From positions 1 to 64,000 of the IMG/VR virus record IMGVR_UViG_3300038406_000196: a stretch of DNA of 64,000 nucleotides; one strand, written 5' to 3'. The DNA is from a virus. The position numbers were made by a program, and so were the translations under genes. The notes below the pieces were generated by a model that saw nothing but the letters and a program-made list of their open reading frames with translations, was not told the origin of the DNA and did no database searches. Positions 55,402 to 64,000 of the stretch are shown piece after piece (positions within the stretch are counted from its first letter, which is position 1; each line of letters begins with the position of its first letter).

Positions 55402-56847
55402 TTACCGCCCGCGCCACTCGATGGCGATCCGGTTGTCCACGGTGCCGTCGTAGGGTGGCTTGGCCCGGTGGACCACCACCTGCTTGACGAACATCCCCAC
55501 GAACTCCCGCCGCTCGCCGAGGTCCATCGCCGAGACCACCCGCGCGTCTGTGAGCACAGCCGGGTCGACATCCCCGACCGGCTGCGGTACCTCCGCCAGC
55601 TCACCCCGGAGCCGGGCGTCGTCGGCGGCCAGGCTGTCGCGGGCGGTACGCCACTCGTCGTCGGTCAGGTCCCGGCGCCCCCACGCACCGGCCAGGGCTG
55701 TCCGGCGCCGCTCGATCTCCGCCAGGTCGACGTTGATCTGGTCGCGCTGCTCCGCGTGGTCGTCGGAGGTGAACTGGGCCAGGAACTGCGGGTTCGCCAG
55801 CGCGGCCATCAGCACGGCGAGGACGTGCCGTTCCGCCGGGCCGGCCATGATGCCGACGCAGCCGCGACCGCCGTACTTCACCCCGCAGACGTAGTACGGC
55901 ACCTTCGACCCGTCGCGGGCGGTCGGCCGCAGCGTGCCGACCATCCGGGCGCCACACACCCCGCATACCGAGAGCCCGCCGGTGAGGAGGTGCCGGCGGG
56001 CACTGCGCCGGCCGGGCGCCGGCACCGGGTAGGCGCCGGCGAGACCGTTGACCACCCGGGCAGCGCCGAGCTTGGCGCAGACCGCCTTCCACGTCGCCTC
56101 GTCCAAGATCCCGGACCAGTTGCCGGCTCCGACCACTGCGCCCTGATGCAGCCGCAGCCCGGCCACCGCCGGAGTGGTGACCATGTCCTTGATCGAGGTG
56201 CTGGTGAGTGCGCCGCCCCGGCTGCCGGTGACGCCGCGGCGGGCCAGGTCCCGCGCAACGTTGGTCAGCGACCAGCCGGCGAGCACGCGGTCGGCGACCT
56301 CGCAGACCACGGCGGCCTGCTCAGGGTCGTGCGCGTAGGTCTTGACGCCGTCGACCACCACTCGGCGGAACCCGTACGGGCAGGTGGGCGGCGGGATGCC
56401 GGCGGCGGCGTTGCCGTCGAGCTTGTCGTGGACGCGCCTTTTCAGCTTCCGCACCTCCGCGGCCGCGATCACGGCCTTGATTCCGGCTACCTCGTCGACG
56501 ACCCGCACGATCCCGTCACGGTTGGTGTGGACCTCCTCGATGCCAGCGGCGTCCAGCTCGGCGGCGAGCGCGAACCAGCCGACCTCGGTACGCTCCAAGC
56601 GGGTCTGCTCAACGGTCCACAGCTGGGCGACGTGGCCGGCCCGGATCTGCTCGCGCAGCGCGTCGAACTGCGGCCGGGGTCCTCCGTTGGCGGCGGACAG
56701 TCCGGGGTCGGCGAACACGCGCACGGGCAGCCCTGGCCACCTGGCGGCGGCGTACTCGCGCCCCCATCGCTGCTGGCTGTCGACGCCCTCGTAGTTGCCG
56801 TCGGGCCGTGGGGACAGCCGGCAGTAGAGTGCTACGCACCTGGTCAT
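55402..56847 (-). CDS. large serine recombinase (integrase)
   Basis: YCRLS catalytic Ser, DPGLSA..RPQF, TRLER, PYGF, CGVCG..YYVC zinc ribbon, coiled coil. Confidence 0.95.
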   Translation of the reverse strand: MTRCVALYCRLSPRPDGNYEGVDSQQRWGREYAAARWPGLPVRVFADPGLSAANGGPRPQFDALREQIRAGHVAQLWTVEQTRLERTEVGWFALAAELDAAGIEEVHTNRDGIVRVVDEVAGIKAVIAAAEVRKLKRRVHDKLDGNAAAGIPPPTCPYGFRRVVVDGVKTYAHDPEQAAVVCEVADRVLAGWSLTNVARDLARRGVTGSRGGALTSTSIKDMVTTPAVAGLRLHQGAVVGAGNWSGILDEATWKAVCAKLGAARVVNGLAGAYPVPAPGRRSARRHLLTGGLSVCGVCGARMVGTLRPTARDGSKVPYYVCGVKYGGRGCVGIMAGPAERHVLAVLMAALANPQFLAQFTSDDHAEQRDQINVDLAEIERRRTALAGAWGRRDLTDDEWRTARDSLAADDARLRGELAEVPQPVGDVDPAVLTDARVVSAMDLGERREFVGMFVKQVVVHRAKPPYDGTVDNRIAIEWRGR

Positions 56848-56864
56848 CCGGGCAGCGTATCGGG

Positions 56865-56920
56865 CCGCTTATCACTTTACAAGGAGCGTCGGTCCATGCG
56901 CCGTGCCAAGTGACAAGCGG
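56865..56920. other. candidate attP
   Basis: 56-bp site with 12/13 inverted arms CCGCTTATCACTT / AAGTGACAAGCGG just upstream of the integrase start. Confidence 0.55.
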
Positions 56921-56931
56921 TCGGACTATCT

Positions 56932-57369
56932 CTACCGCGGCCGGAGCTGGTGGACCTGCCCGCCGCGATGCCCGGTCGCTCGGGCCACGATCGCCTCGGC
57001 AGTAGCCGTCTGGTCCACCTTCTCCTGCAGGTCGTCAACTCGCTGCTCCATGCGGTCGAGCCGGTCGACCGCCACCTGCCCCACCAGGCCGGTCCGGGCT
57101 GACAGCTGCTCCAACAGCACGCCAACGCGACCGATCTCCTGCCGGAGGGTGGCATGTTCCTCCCGTATCGCGGCGACGACTTCAGCGGTGGCGAGCCGCA
57201 GCCGGCGGCCGGATGCCCGGTACCGCCAGGCGAACAGCCCAGTGACCGCGGCGGTGGCCAGCGAGGCGCTGGACGAACCGATCAGCAGCCCCCGGTCCCC
57301 GCCGGTCAACAGGTAGCCGCCAGCGAGCACCACGGCGGCGACAGCGAGGGCGACGGCGGTGGCGGTCAT
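56932..57369 (-). CDS. membrane protein with coiled coil
   Basis: two TM segments then heptads; start uncertain. Confidence 0.55.
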   Translation of the reverse strand: MTATAVALAVAAVVLAGGYLLTGGDRGLLIGSSSASLATAAVTGLFAWRYRASGRRLRLATAEVVAAIREEHATLRQEIGRVGVLLEQLSARTGLVGQVAVDRLDRMEQRVDDLQEKVDQTATAEAIVARATGHRGGQVHQLRPR

Positions 57370-58035
57370 GACTCCGGCGCTGACCCGCCGGGGGCTGGGC
57401 GGCGGGTCGGGTTGCCGGGGCTTGTCGGGGGGGTGCTGCGGTGGGACGTGGATGGTCCGGAGCTGGATGGTCGGCCAGTCGTGGCTCCACACGGACGCTC
57501 GGCCGACAGCTGGCCGTGTGGCGGTGGTGCGGTAGTGATGCATGGCGAAGCAGGCCCCCCACTGCTCGTGGTGATCTGGTCGCCGCCTCATGCTCATCCG
57601 CATCCGGGTTTCTCCCCCGAGACCCGGGTTGCTCGTGATTGCCCCATGCAGGGCGGTATCGCCGCATGCTACCCAGAGTTAGCTACATCACGCAATAGGA
57701 GCGATTGTCACCCGATCGGGTCATATCCGGACAGCCTGTGGTGGCCGTTGTACAGGCAGTAGCCGTATTGGCCGTTCGGTCGATGCCGGGCCACCGAACC
57801 AGCGGCCAAGAGTAGGGCCCACCCCCGGCAAAGCCCCAGACCCAGGGGGCAAACCAGAGCCGGGGTGGCCCGGGGGTGGGCCGCCTGTGCTCCGGCGCCG
57901 GAACCGGAGTCATCACGATCAACGACCCGCCGCCGCATCGGGCTATGGGTCTCCCGTCACACAACGGCTCGCCCGTGAAGATCAGCTTTGGGTGCGCCCG
58001 ATTGCGATCTTGACGGTCGCTCGTACCGTCCATAC

Positions 58036-58440
58036 GTGATCGACTCCGGCGACGACCCCGCCTACGTGCGGGTTGCTCGCATGCTGGAGTCGTGGATACG
58101 CGCCCGAGAACCCGGCTACGGACCCGGCTGGGTGCTGCCCACCGAAGACCGGCTCGCCCGGGAGCTTGGCCTCGGCCGCCGCACCGTAGGCGCCGCGTAC
58201 CGGCTGCTGGCCAACATGGGCGTCCTGACGATCCGCTCCGGCTACGGTGCCACAGTGCGAGCGGAGCCCCAGCGGGAGATCATCACCGTGCCACCTGGCA
58301 CTGTGGTCCACGCGCGGATGCCCACATTCGCCGAGTTGGACGAGTGGCAGCTTGATCCGGGCACTCCGGTGCTGGTCGTCGGCGAGGCGGTGTACCCGGC
58401 GGACAGGTTCGAGATCCGGTCGGACGACCCCGAGGGTTGA
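58036..58440 (+). CDS. GntR-family HTH regulator
   Basis: PAYVRVA...LPTEDRLARELGLGRRTVGAAYRLL...GYGATV. Confidence 0.88.
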   Translation: MIDSGDDPAYVRVARMLESWIRAREPGYGPGWVLPTEDRLARELGLGRRTVGAAYRLLANMGVLTIRSGYGATVRAEPQREIITVPPGTVVHARMPTFAELDEWQLDPGTPVLVVGEAVYPADRFEIRSDDPEG

Positions 58441-58499
58441 CAGCTCCGTAACTCTGTCCCATGATGCGGGAGGTATCCGCGCAGCGTCCAACGGAAAGG

Positions 58500-58715
58500 A
58501 TGGACGTGGCGACACACCTCATGTGGCAACCAGGCCAGTTCAACGGACCCGCACCCCACACGCGGGGCCGGCTGGACCTCCAGGTGACGGCAGTCGGCGA
58601 CCCGGTCAACGGCTGGGCGCCGGTGGAGGGCTGGTGGCATCCCGCAGACGAACCCGAGCCGATCCGGGCCACCGGGGTCTGGGTACGGGCCGAACTGCTG
58701 GACGAGGCGGGCTGA
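58500..58715 (+). CDS. small hypothetical protein
   Basis: short ORF with coding-like composition after the GntR gene. Confidence 0.45.
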   Translation: MDVATHLMWQPGQFNGPAPHTRGRLDLQVTAVGDPVNGWAPVEGWWHPADEPEPIRATGVWVRAELLDEAG

Positions 58716-59076
58716 TCCGGGGAGTCAGCTCACGGGGCCGGGCTCGGCTGCGTGAGCTGGCACTCGATCTCCCGGCGCACCTGCCGTGCCTCGACGCGCC
58801 TGGCCTGCCGGCGGTTGCGGCCCTTGTCCGGGCAGTCCGGCCCCGGAGGGAGCTTGCACACCGGGCAGTGGGGCAGCCGAGCATGCGGGCCATGAGCCGG
58901 ACGCTACCCGGCGGGTACGACAGAGGCCGGGCGTACCTACACGCCGGACAGGCAGCGTGCAACGTCGGCTGATCGGACAATACCGGCGACGTGACCCGTG
59001 AGCGTACTGTCCGGAGGTTCCTGCACGCCAGGGGCGTCACGGGGGATCAAGGTCAACTCAATCAAGGAGCGAGTTA

Positions 59077-59535
59077 GTGATCACCCGGAAATGGGGAGCC
59101 GCTGTCGTCCTGGGCCTCGCCGTTGGCGCGCTGGCGCTGGTGGCACCGGCCAACGCTGACCACAACCCGGCCGTCGGTGGCCAGTTCTGCGGCAACAGCC
59201 ACGAAGGCGACGTCCACCAGTCCGAAGACGGCGACTGGTACGTGTGCGAGGAGCAGGGCGACGACACCCAGCCACGCTGGTACCCGACCTCCGAACCGGA
59301 GCCTGAGCCCACCGTCACCGCCGAACCCACGGAGGACCCGACCGAAGCACCGACGGAGGATCCCACCACGGCACCACCGGCCGACGACGAGGACCCGGCG
59401 GACGGCGACGCAGCCGGCCTGCCCGAAACCGGGGCGTCCACCGGTCTGATCGTCGGCGGCGCCGTGGCCCTGCTCGCGCTCGGTGGCGGCCTGTTCCTGG
59501 TGGCCCGCAAGCGGAGGCTCCGCTTCACCGCATAG
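59077..59535 (+). CDS. sortase-anchored (LPETG) surface protein
   Basis: signal peptide, Cys pair, PT/E-rich linker, LPETG, TM helix, RKRRLR tail; AAGGAG RBS. Confidence 0.88.
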   Translation: MITRKWGAAVVLGLAVGALALVAPANADHNPAVGGQFCGNSHEGDVHQSEDGDWYVCEEQGDDTQPRWYPTSEPEPEPTVTAEPTEDPTEAPTEDPTTAPPADDEDPADGDAAGLPETGASTGLIVGGAVALLALGGGLFLVARKRRLRFTA

Positions 59536-59548
59536 CCCCGATACGACG

Positions 59549-59588
59549 ACAGCGGCCCCGGACTCGCTATGGAGTCCGGGGCCGCTGT
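59549..59588. terminator. bidirectional hairpin terminator
   Basis: 17-bp perfect stem ACAGCGGCCCCGGACTC/GAGTCCGGGGCCGCTGT between convergent genes. Confidence 0.8.
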
Positions 59589-59812
59589 GTTGTTGCTGCG
59601 GTCAGGCGACGGGCGTGGCGATGTCCACCCGCTGCCGCAGCTCGGCGTTGACTTGCTCCAGCAGGATCGTCATCAGCCACCCGGACGCCGCCGGCGGGGT
59701 ATGTGCCCCGTCGGCGATGACGTGGAGGGTGCCAGCGGCGGCGTGCGGGGCGAGCTGGTCGAGCCCGTGGAGCAGGTTGCCGCGGATCGCGAGCAGGTCC
59801 TCCCGGTCGGCG

Positions 59813-60517
59813 TCAGCGAACCCCATCCAGCACCACCTCGCGCGGCAGGTGGGCGCGACGTACGGCCAGCAGCCACCGCTCCACGGCCGCCTCGTCCGGC
59901 CGGTCCGGCAGGACGCCCGGCTCGCGGTCGAACGCATCCTCGGCGTCCGCGAGCAGTGACCGAGCCACCTCAACGTCTCCACCGGCGACCCGCTGCCCGA
60001 AGTCGTGGTACCACCGCGGATCGTTGAGACACACTGTGAGTCGGCCGGTGCGGTGCAGCTCCAGCCCTTGATGGATCAACCTGGCAAGGTGTCTCGCGTG
60101 TTTTGCCGTCCGCTTCCGGGTGTCCGCGCTGAACGACCCGTCGCCGCGAGCCTCTAGCTTCCGGAACTGCTGTGTTGCGTACCCGAGGTGCGCGTCCTTC
60201 GTGCGGCCGGCCGAGTAGAACGCGGTACGGATCCTGATCAGCTCCTCGCCCCACTCGGTGCGCACCTCGTAGAGGGCTTCGGGAAGCCATAGGACCTCCG
60301 TGACCGTTGGGTTTCCGCCGAGCATGAGTGTGCACGCCTTGCGAGCCTCGTGGTAGGTCACATCGGGTTTGGTCGTCACGTGCGACTCGGCCGGGAAGTT
60401 CAGCCCGTGGAACGCCTCAGTGGGCGCGGCGAAGATTCCTAGCCTGTCCACGTCCGAGTCCGGGCCGGCCAGCCCGTAAGCGGTCGACCCGACGACACCC
60501 GACAGCAGCACGTGCAC
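59813..60517 (-). CDS. Pol-beta-superfamily nucleotidyltransferase (YcgL/RlaP-like)
   Basis: GSTAYGLAGPDSDVD, GNPTVTEVLW, KHARHLARL. Confidence 0.88.
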   Translation of the reverse strand: MHVLLSGVVGSTAYGLAGPDSDVDRLGIFAAPTEAFHGLNFPAESHVTTKPDVTYHEARKACTLMLGGNPTVTEVLWLPEALYEVRTEWGEELIRIRTAFYSAGRTKDAHLGYATQQFRKLEARGDGSFSADTRKRTAKHARHLARLIHQGLELHRTGRLTVCLNDPRWYHDFGQRVAGGDVEVARSLLADAEDAFDREPGVLPDRPDEAAVERWLLAVRRAHLPREVVLDGVR

Positions 60518-60964
60518 CTAGAAAGCCCCCTCCGCGACTTGCAAGACGGTCAGGCCAAGCTCCCGCCTCCACATCGACACGACCTGATCCCGGTCGTCCA
60601 AGATCCATGCGACGGCGTACCGGCCAGCGACGTGAGCCTCGTACAGCTCCCGCTTCACGATCGAGTCCTTCCGGTTGTCCCGCTCCGCCCGCATCCACAG
60701 CTCGTCGTACGGAACCTTGTGCTCGGCCAGCCACGCCTCCGTCTCCGGGCGGCACACCCCGTCGCGGCCGGACATGAGCACGATCCGGTGCCGGCCGGCG
60801 TCGGCGACCAGCCGCACCAGCTCCACCACCGGCGGGTTCGGGGCGTCCTCCCCTACCCGTTGCCAGTCGTAGAACCGGCGCACACCCGGTCCGTCACCTC
60901 GGAGGGCCAGAGTGCCGTCGATGTCTACAAGGATGGCGCGGGGTAGGTCGGTCACGTCGTCCAT
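60518..60964 (-). CDS. HAD-family polynucleotide 3'-phosphatase (PseT C-terminal-like)
   Basis: DIDGTLA, SGR, MRAERDNRKDSIVK, DDRDQVV. Confidence 0.9.
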   Translation of the reverse strand: MDDVTDLPRAILVDIDGTLALRGDGPGVRRFYDWQRVGEDAPNPPVVELVRLVADAGRHRIVLMSGRDGVCRPETEAWLAEHKVPYDELWMRAERDNRKDSIVKRELYEAHVAGRYAVAWILDDRDQVVSMWRRELGLTVLQVAEGAF

Positions 60965-61018
60965 GATGCGCTGGCGGTGCGACAGCCGGGTTGGTGATCC
61001 CCCCGCCCAGCCCCGCGC

Positions 61019-61219
61019 TCACTCCTCACCCCCGTTGGCTAGCCACTTGTCCAGGGTCGAACGCTTCCACACCGGCAGGGCGTGACCGCTGGCGAACTCC
61101 CGGCGGTCTGGCTCGGGTGCGCTGCCTCGGTAGGCGCGGGACCGCCACGTGTTGGGGTTCATGCCTACGTAGGCGGCGGCGGCATCGTTGCCCACGATCT
61201 CCTCGTCGTCGTCTGTCAC
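61019..61219 (-). CDS. small HTH DNA-binding protein
   Basis: AAAAYVGMNPNTWRS...PEPD...PVWKRSTLDKW; TATGCT -10 just upstream (leaderless). Confidence 0.7.
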   Translation of the reverse strand: MTDDDEEIVGNDAAAAYVGMNPNTWRSRAYRGSAPEPDRREFASGHALPVWKRSTLDKWLANGGEE

Positions 61220-61229
61220 GCCGACAGCA

Positions 61230-61321
61230 TAGCAACACGTGTCGCACCCATGCAACGCGCGTTGTGGCGTCGGTCACATTCCCAATTCCAGCTTGCGCGA
61301 TGCAACGCGCGTTGCTATCGT
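61230..61321 (+). promoter_or_regulatory. divergent promoters with palindromic operators
   Basis: GCAACGCGCGTTG at 61252 and 61302, degenerate copy near 61232; TTGCGC-17-TATCGT rightward promoter. Confidence 0.75.
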
Positions 61322-61668
61322 TGGTCTCACAAGCAGCACCGTACCTTGAGAACTCCAAAGAGGGATCCAGGGGAGCCAGAGATCAGCCCCGGCCACCCCC
61401 CAGATCCAGCACCACCAACCCCGCCTCAACGGCGGGACAGAGATCCTGCAACCACGAAGTTGGCCGGACGGCCAGGCACTGGAGAAACGCGGCAGAGATG
61501 CCGCCGCACACGCCACCCATTGCGGTGGCCACCTGACGAGGGTAGTGCCGAGTAACCCGTCCGTCACGAGACCAGTACCCACCCGGGCCGCCGGGCAGGG
61601 CCTGCTCGGGAAGCGAGCGCCTCGCCGGCCAGCTACGTGGATGCAGGATCAACGACAGGGAGCACGAC

Positions 61669-61890
61669 ATGAACGAGATCATCCCGACAGCCAACGTGCA
61701 CGGCCTGGTCAGCCTGATGCGTGACGCAGGCGACGACGGCTCGCACACCCACCAGCCGGACCCGGCGGTCGCCAAGTGGAACCCGGACGCCCAGCCCTGC
61801 ACACACCCCGGCTGCCGGTGCCTGGTGCGGTGGCTGACTCGCGACGGCCAGGAATCCTGGCTGGCGGTAGCCACCCAGCGCAAAGCCTGA
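61669..61890 (+). CDS. small hypothetical protein
   Basis: GGGAG RBS; first ORF after the rightward promoter. Confidence 0.5.
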   Translation: MNEIIPTANVHGLVSLMRDAGDDGSHTHQPDPAVAKWNPDAQPCTHPGCRCLVRWLTRDGQESWLAVATQRKA

Positions 61891-62402
61891 CCAGCCCGGT
61901 GATGCTTCGGAACCCCCGGAGCTTTGCCGAGTCGGCCAGTAACTGACACAGATTCGCCCCGACCCTCAGCCGACCACAGACGCGGCAGGGGGTCGGGTGC
62001 ACAACCCCAGCAACGACAAGGGAACGGAGATCGAGATGGACGAGTGCATCAAGCATGACCCGGTGGAGATCGACCGGGACGAGGACTCCGTTCACTGGCG
62101 GTGCGACGAATGCGGCGCCGAGGACTGGGACGCCGTCGAGGATTGGGGCGCCTGACCGGGCAGGCTACCCCGGCCTACCCGAACCCTACCGAAGGGACAG
62201 ACATGAAACTCAAGCCGTTCGAGGACCGGACCGTGCGTATGCGGAAGCTCCGCAACCGGGTGCTCGTGATCGTGCTGGTGGCGGTCATCGTGCTGCTGGT
62301 GGTGGCCAACCGCTGACCGGACGACCACCGTCCGACCGAGTGACCGCCAGCCAGGCGGCGGTCCGGGCGGCGGCCGTCTGGCCCACGAGAGGAGATCACG
62401 AA

Positions 62403-62645
62403 ATGCTGGTCACCATCAGCACCACCCCCGACGGACGAATCACGGTCCACCGACGCGGCTGCGCGGACCTTGCACGCGAGCCGTTCGTGGCGCGGTGGGA
62501 GGCGGATGTCTCAAGCCAGAGGGAGGCCGCGCTGAGCGTCTACCCACCCGCAGGCGACGACTACGACCCTGCGGGGCAGTGGGAGCAGTACGACGACCTT
62601 GACTTCAAGCCGTGCGTGAGGAGCCTTCCCCGCCAGGAGCCCTGA
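62403..62645 (+). CDS. small hypothetical protein
   Basis: GAGGAG RBS; VHRRGCADL motif. Confidence 0.55.
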   Translation: MLVTISTTPDGRITVHRRGCADLAREPFVARWEADVSSQREAALSVYPPAGDDYDPAGQWEQYDDLDFKPCVRSLPRQEP

Positions 62646-63023
62646 CGGGGACTCGGCGGGACGGGTCTTGTACCTGTCCTGGCCGTGGCCAATCAAGGGC
62701 CAACGCAAGAAGCCGGGGAGCGGGATTGCACCCCACTCCCCGGCCTGCATACCGATCGCCGTGATCGAGAAGGAGTCTACAGATGTACGCGAGCACCAGC
62801 TACCAGCCGATGCGCACCGGCGTCCTGATCCCCCGGCAGCGGCCGGGCAAGCCCCGCGAGCTTGGGTGTGTCCACCCGCAGCGTCCCGGCCGCAGCAACG
62901 ACCGGCGCAAGGCGATCGCCGAGTCCGCGGGCACCCGCTGATCCGGGCCGCTTCCGCGAGGGCCGAGCACACACGCTCGGTCTTGGCGGTGGCCACCCGG
63001 CCAAATCGAGAACGGAGACGAGC

Positions 63024-63272
63024 ATGAGCGACACCAAGGACCGTGCCGTGCGGGCACTGATCGCCGACGCATGGCTCGGCGAGTGGGAACGGCCGGTAGA
63101 CGGCCACGACCTGAGCAACGCCGTGGCGCTGGTGCTGCGGACCATCCGCGACGACCTGGTGATGGCCGAGCAGCGCGGCGAGATCCGGCGCCTGTCCGAC
63201 GTGGAAGAGGCGCTGAACGAGCGGATCTTCAACCTGACCGGCCGGCAGACCGTCACCGGCGACACGACCTGA
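63024..63272 (+). CDS. small hypothetical protein
   Basis: GGAG RBS, coding-like composition. Confidence 0.55.
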   Translation: MSDTKDRAVRALIADAWLGEWERPVDGHDLSNAVALVLRTIRDDLVMAEQRGEIRRLSDVEEALNERIFNLTGRQTVTGDTT

Positions 63273-63736
63273 CCGGACCGCTTCCGTCGAGACCGAGCCA
63301 CCCTTGGTCGGTCCCGGCGGAAGATGCCCGGCAACCAACATCAACGATCTTGGAAGGACGGTCGTCATGACCCAGATCTTGCGCGACCAGGGTCCACGTG
63401 CGGCCCTCGCCGCCATCCAGGCCCTGATCGGCGCGTTGGTCCCACCGTGGGAGCGGCCTGCCGTGGACCCGTGGTCGGACGGCGTGACGCTGATGTTCGG
63501 GGCGGTGCCGGCATGGCTGGCCTGATCGCGGACCCGTGCCGGGACCATGTGGCCGGCACGGACCCGCTGCCCTGCGACACCCCGGGCGGGTTCCGGGTGG
63601 TGCACCTTGACGAGGCCGGCGAGGTGGAGCAGGTGGTGGAGCCGTACTGCGGCCACCACGCCAAGATGGCAGTCCAACAGGCGGAGCACGGCGGCGCGAC
63701 CGCCGTTGACTACGAGCCGATCCCAACCGAGGAGTG

Positions 63737-64000
63737 ATGACCATGGCATTCGACCTGAGCAGGTACCTGGCCGACCAGCACCACACCGGCTCCACCTGGT
63801 GGCTGTACCGGTTCCCATCCGGCCGGTCCGCCTCGGTGGAACCTGACGCACGTCCGGAGCACCCGTTCCGGTTCGAGGTGCAGGTCGACGACCAGCAGCC
63901 CATGTCGGGGCTGACCTCCGATCAGGTGGAGGCGAAGCTGGCCGAGGTGTACGCCCTACCGAAGCCGGAGTTGATCGTGGCTTGGGTGAACGTGGACGAG
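63737..64000 (+). CDS. hypothetical protein, truncated at window end
   Basis: GAGGAG RBS, TGATG coupling, open to the end. Confidence 0.5.
   Translation, partial: MTMAFDLSRYLADQHHTGSTWWLYRFPSGRSASVEPDARPEHPFRFEVQVDDQQPMSGLTSDQVEAKLAEVYALPKPELIVAWVNVDE

Noticed and set aside
57820-57870. c-di-GMP-I riboswitch (GGCAAA motifs)
   Set aside because: Motif order and the GNRA-loop/receptor pairing are not evident.
61530-61575. Hammerhead ribozyme (CTGACGAG motif)
   Set aside because: No correctly placed GAAA core after stem II; the sequence folds better as a simple hairpin.

Overview
High-GC (roughly 70%) actinobacterial temperate-phage DNA; a near host-like ssgB points to a Micromonosporaceae-type host. 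No virion structural genes fall in the window. About 2-54 kb is a long, translationally coupled leftward early/replication operon: Cro-like HTH, BldC-like, two DNA methyltransferases, Cas4-like exonuclease, RDF-like protein, TnpB, SsgB, WhiB, RusA-like, DUF5131, helicase, initiator, DnaC-like, DnaB, DEDD exonuclease, HNH-AP2, two Fic paralogs and a tyrosine recombinase. Several small self-promoted modules sit on the opposite strand. The immunity region is at about 54.2 kb, followed by a large serine integrase with an apparently intact attP, and phage-like genes continue to the right. The most unusual locus is the tyrosine-recombinase region (5.2-9.0 kb). It carries 22 copies of the palindrome CTCGAG in 1.4 kb, and I found none by eye in the other 62.6 kb. 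It also has dif-like sites upstream and a downstream integron-like array of short genes joined by a conserved RTG(C/G)AGCCTGA start/stop junction. Two other notable elements are an endonuclease nested antisense and in frame inside the amino-methyltransferase, and a transposase-less TnpB whose putative guide matches the start of the gene just upstream of it. All calls were made by eye from motifs, with no database searches.
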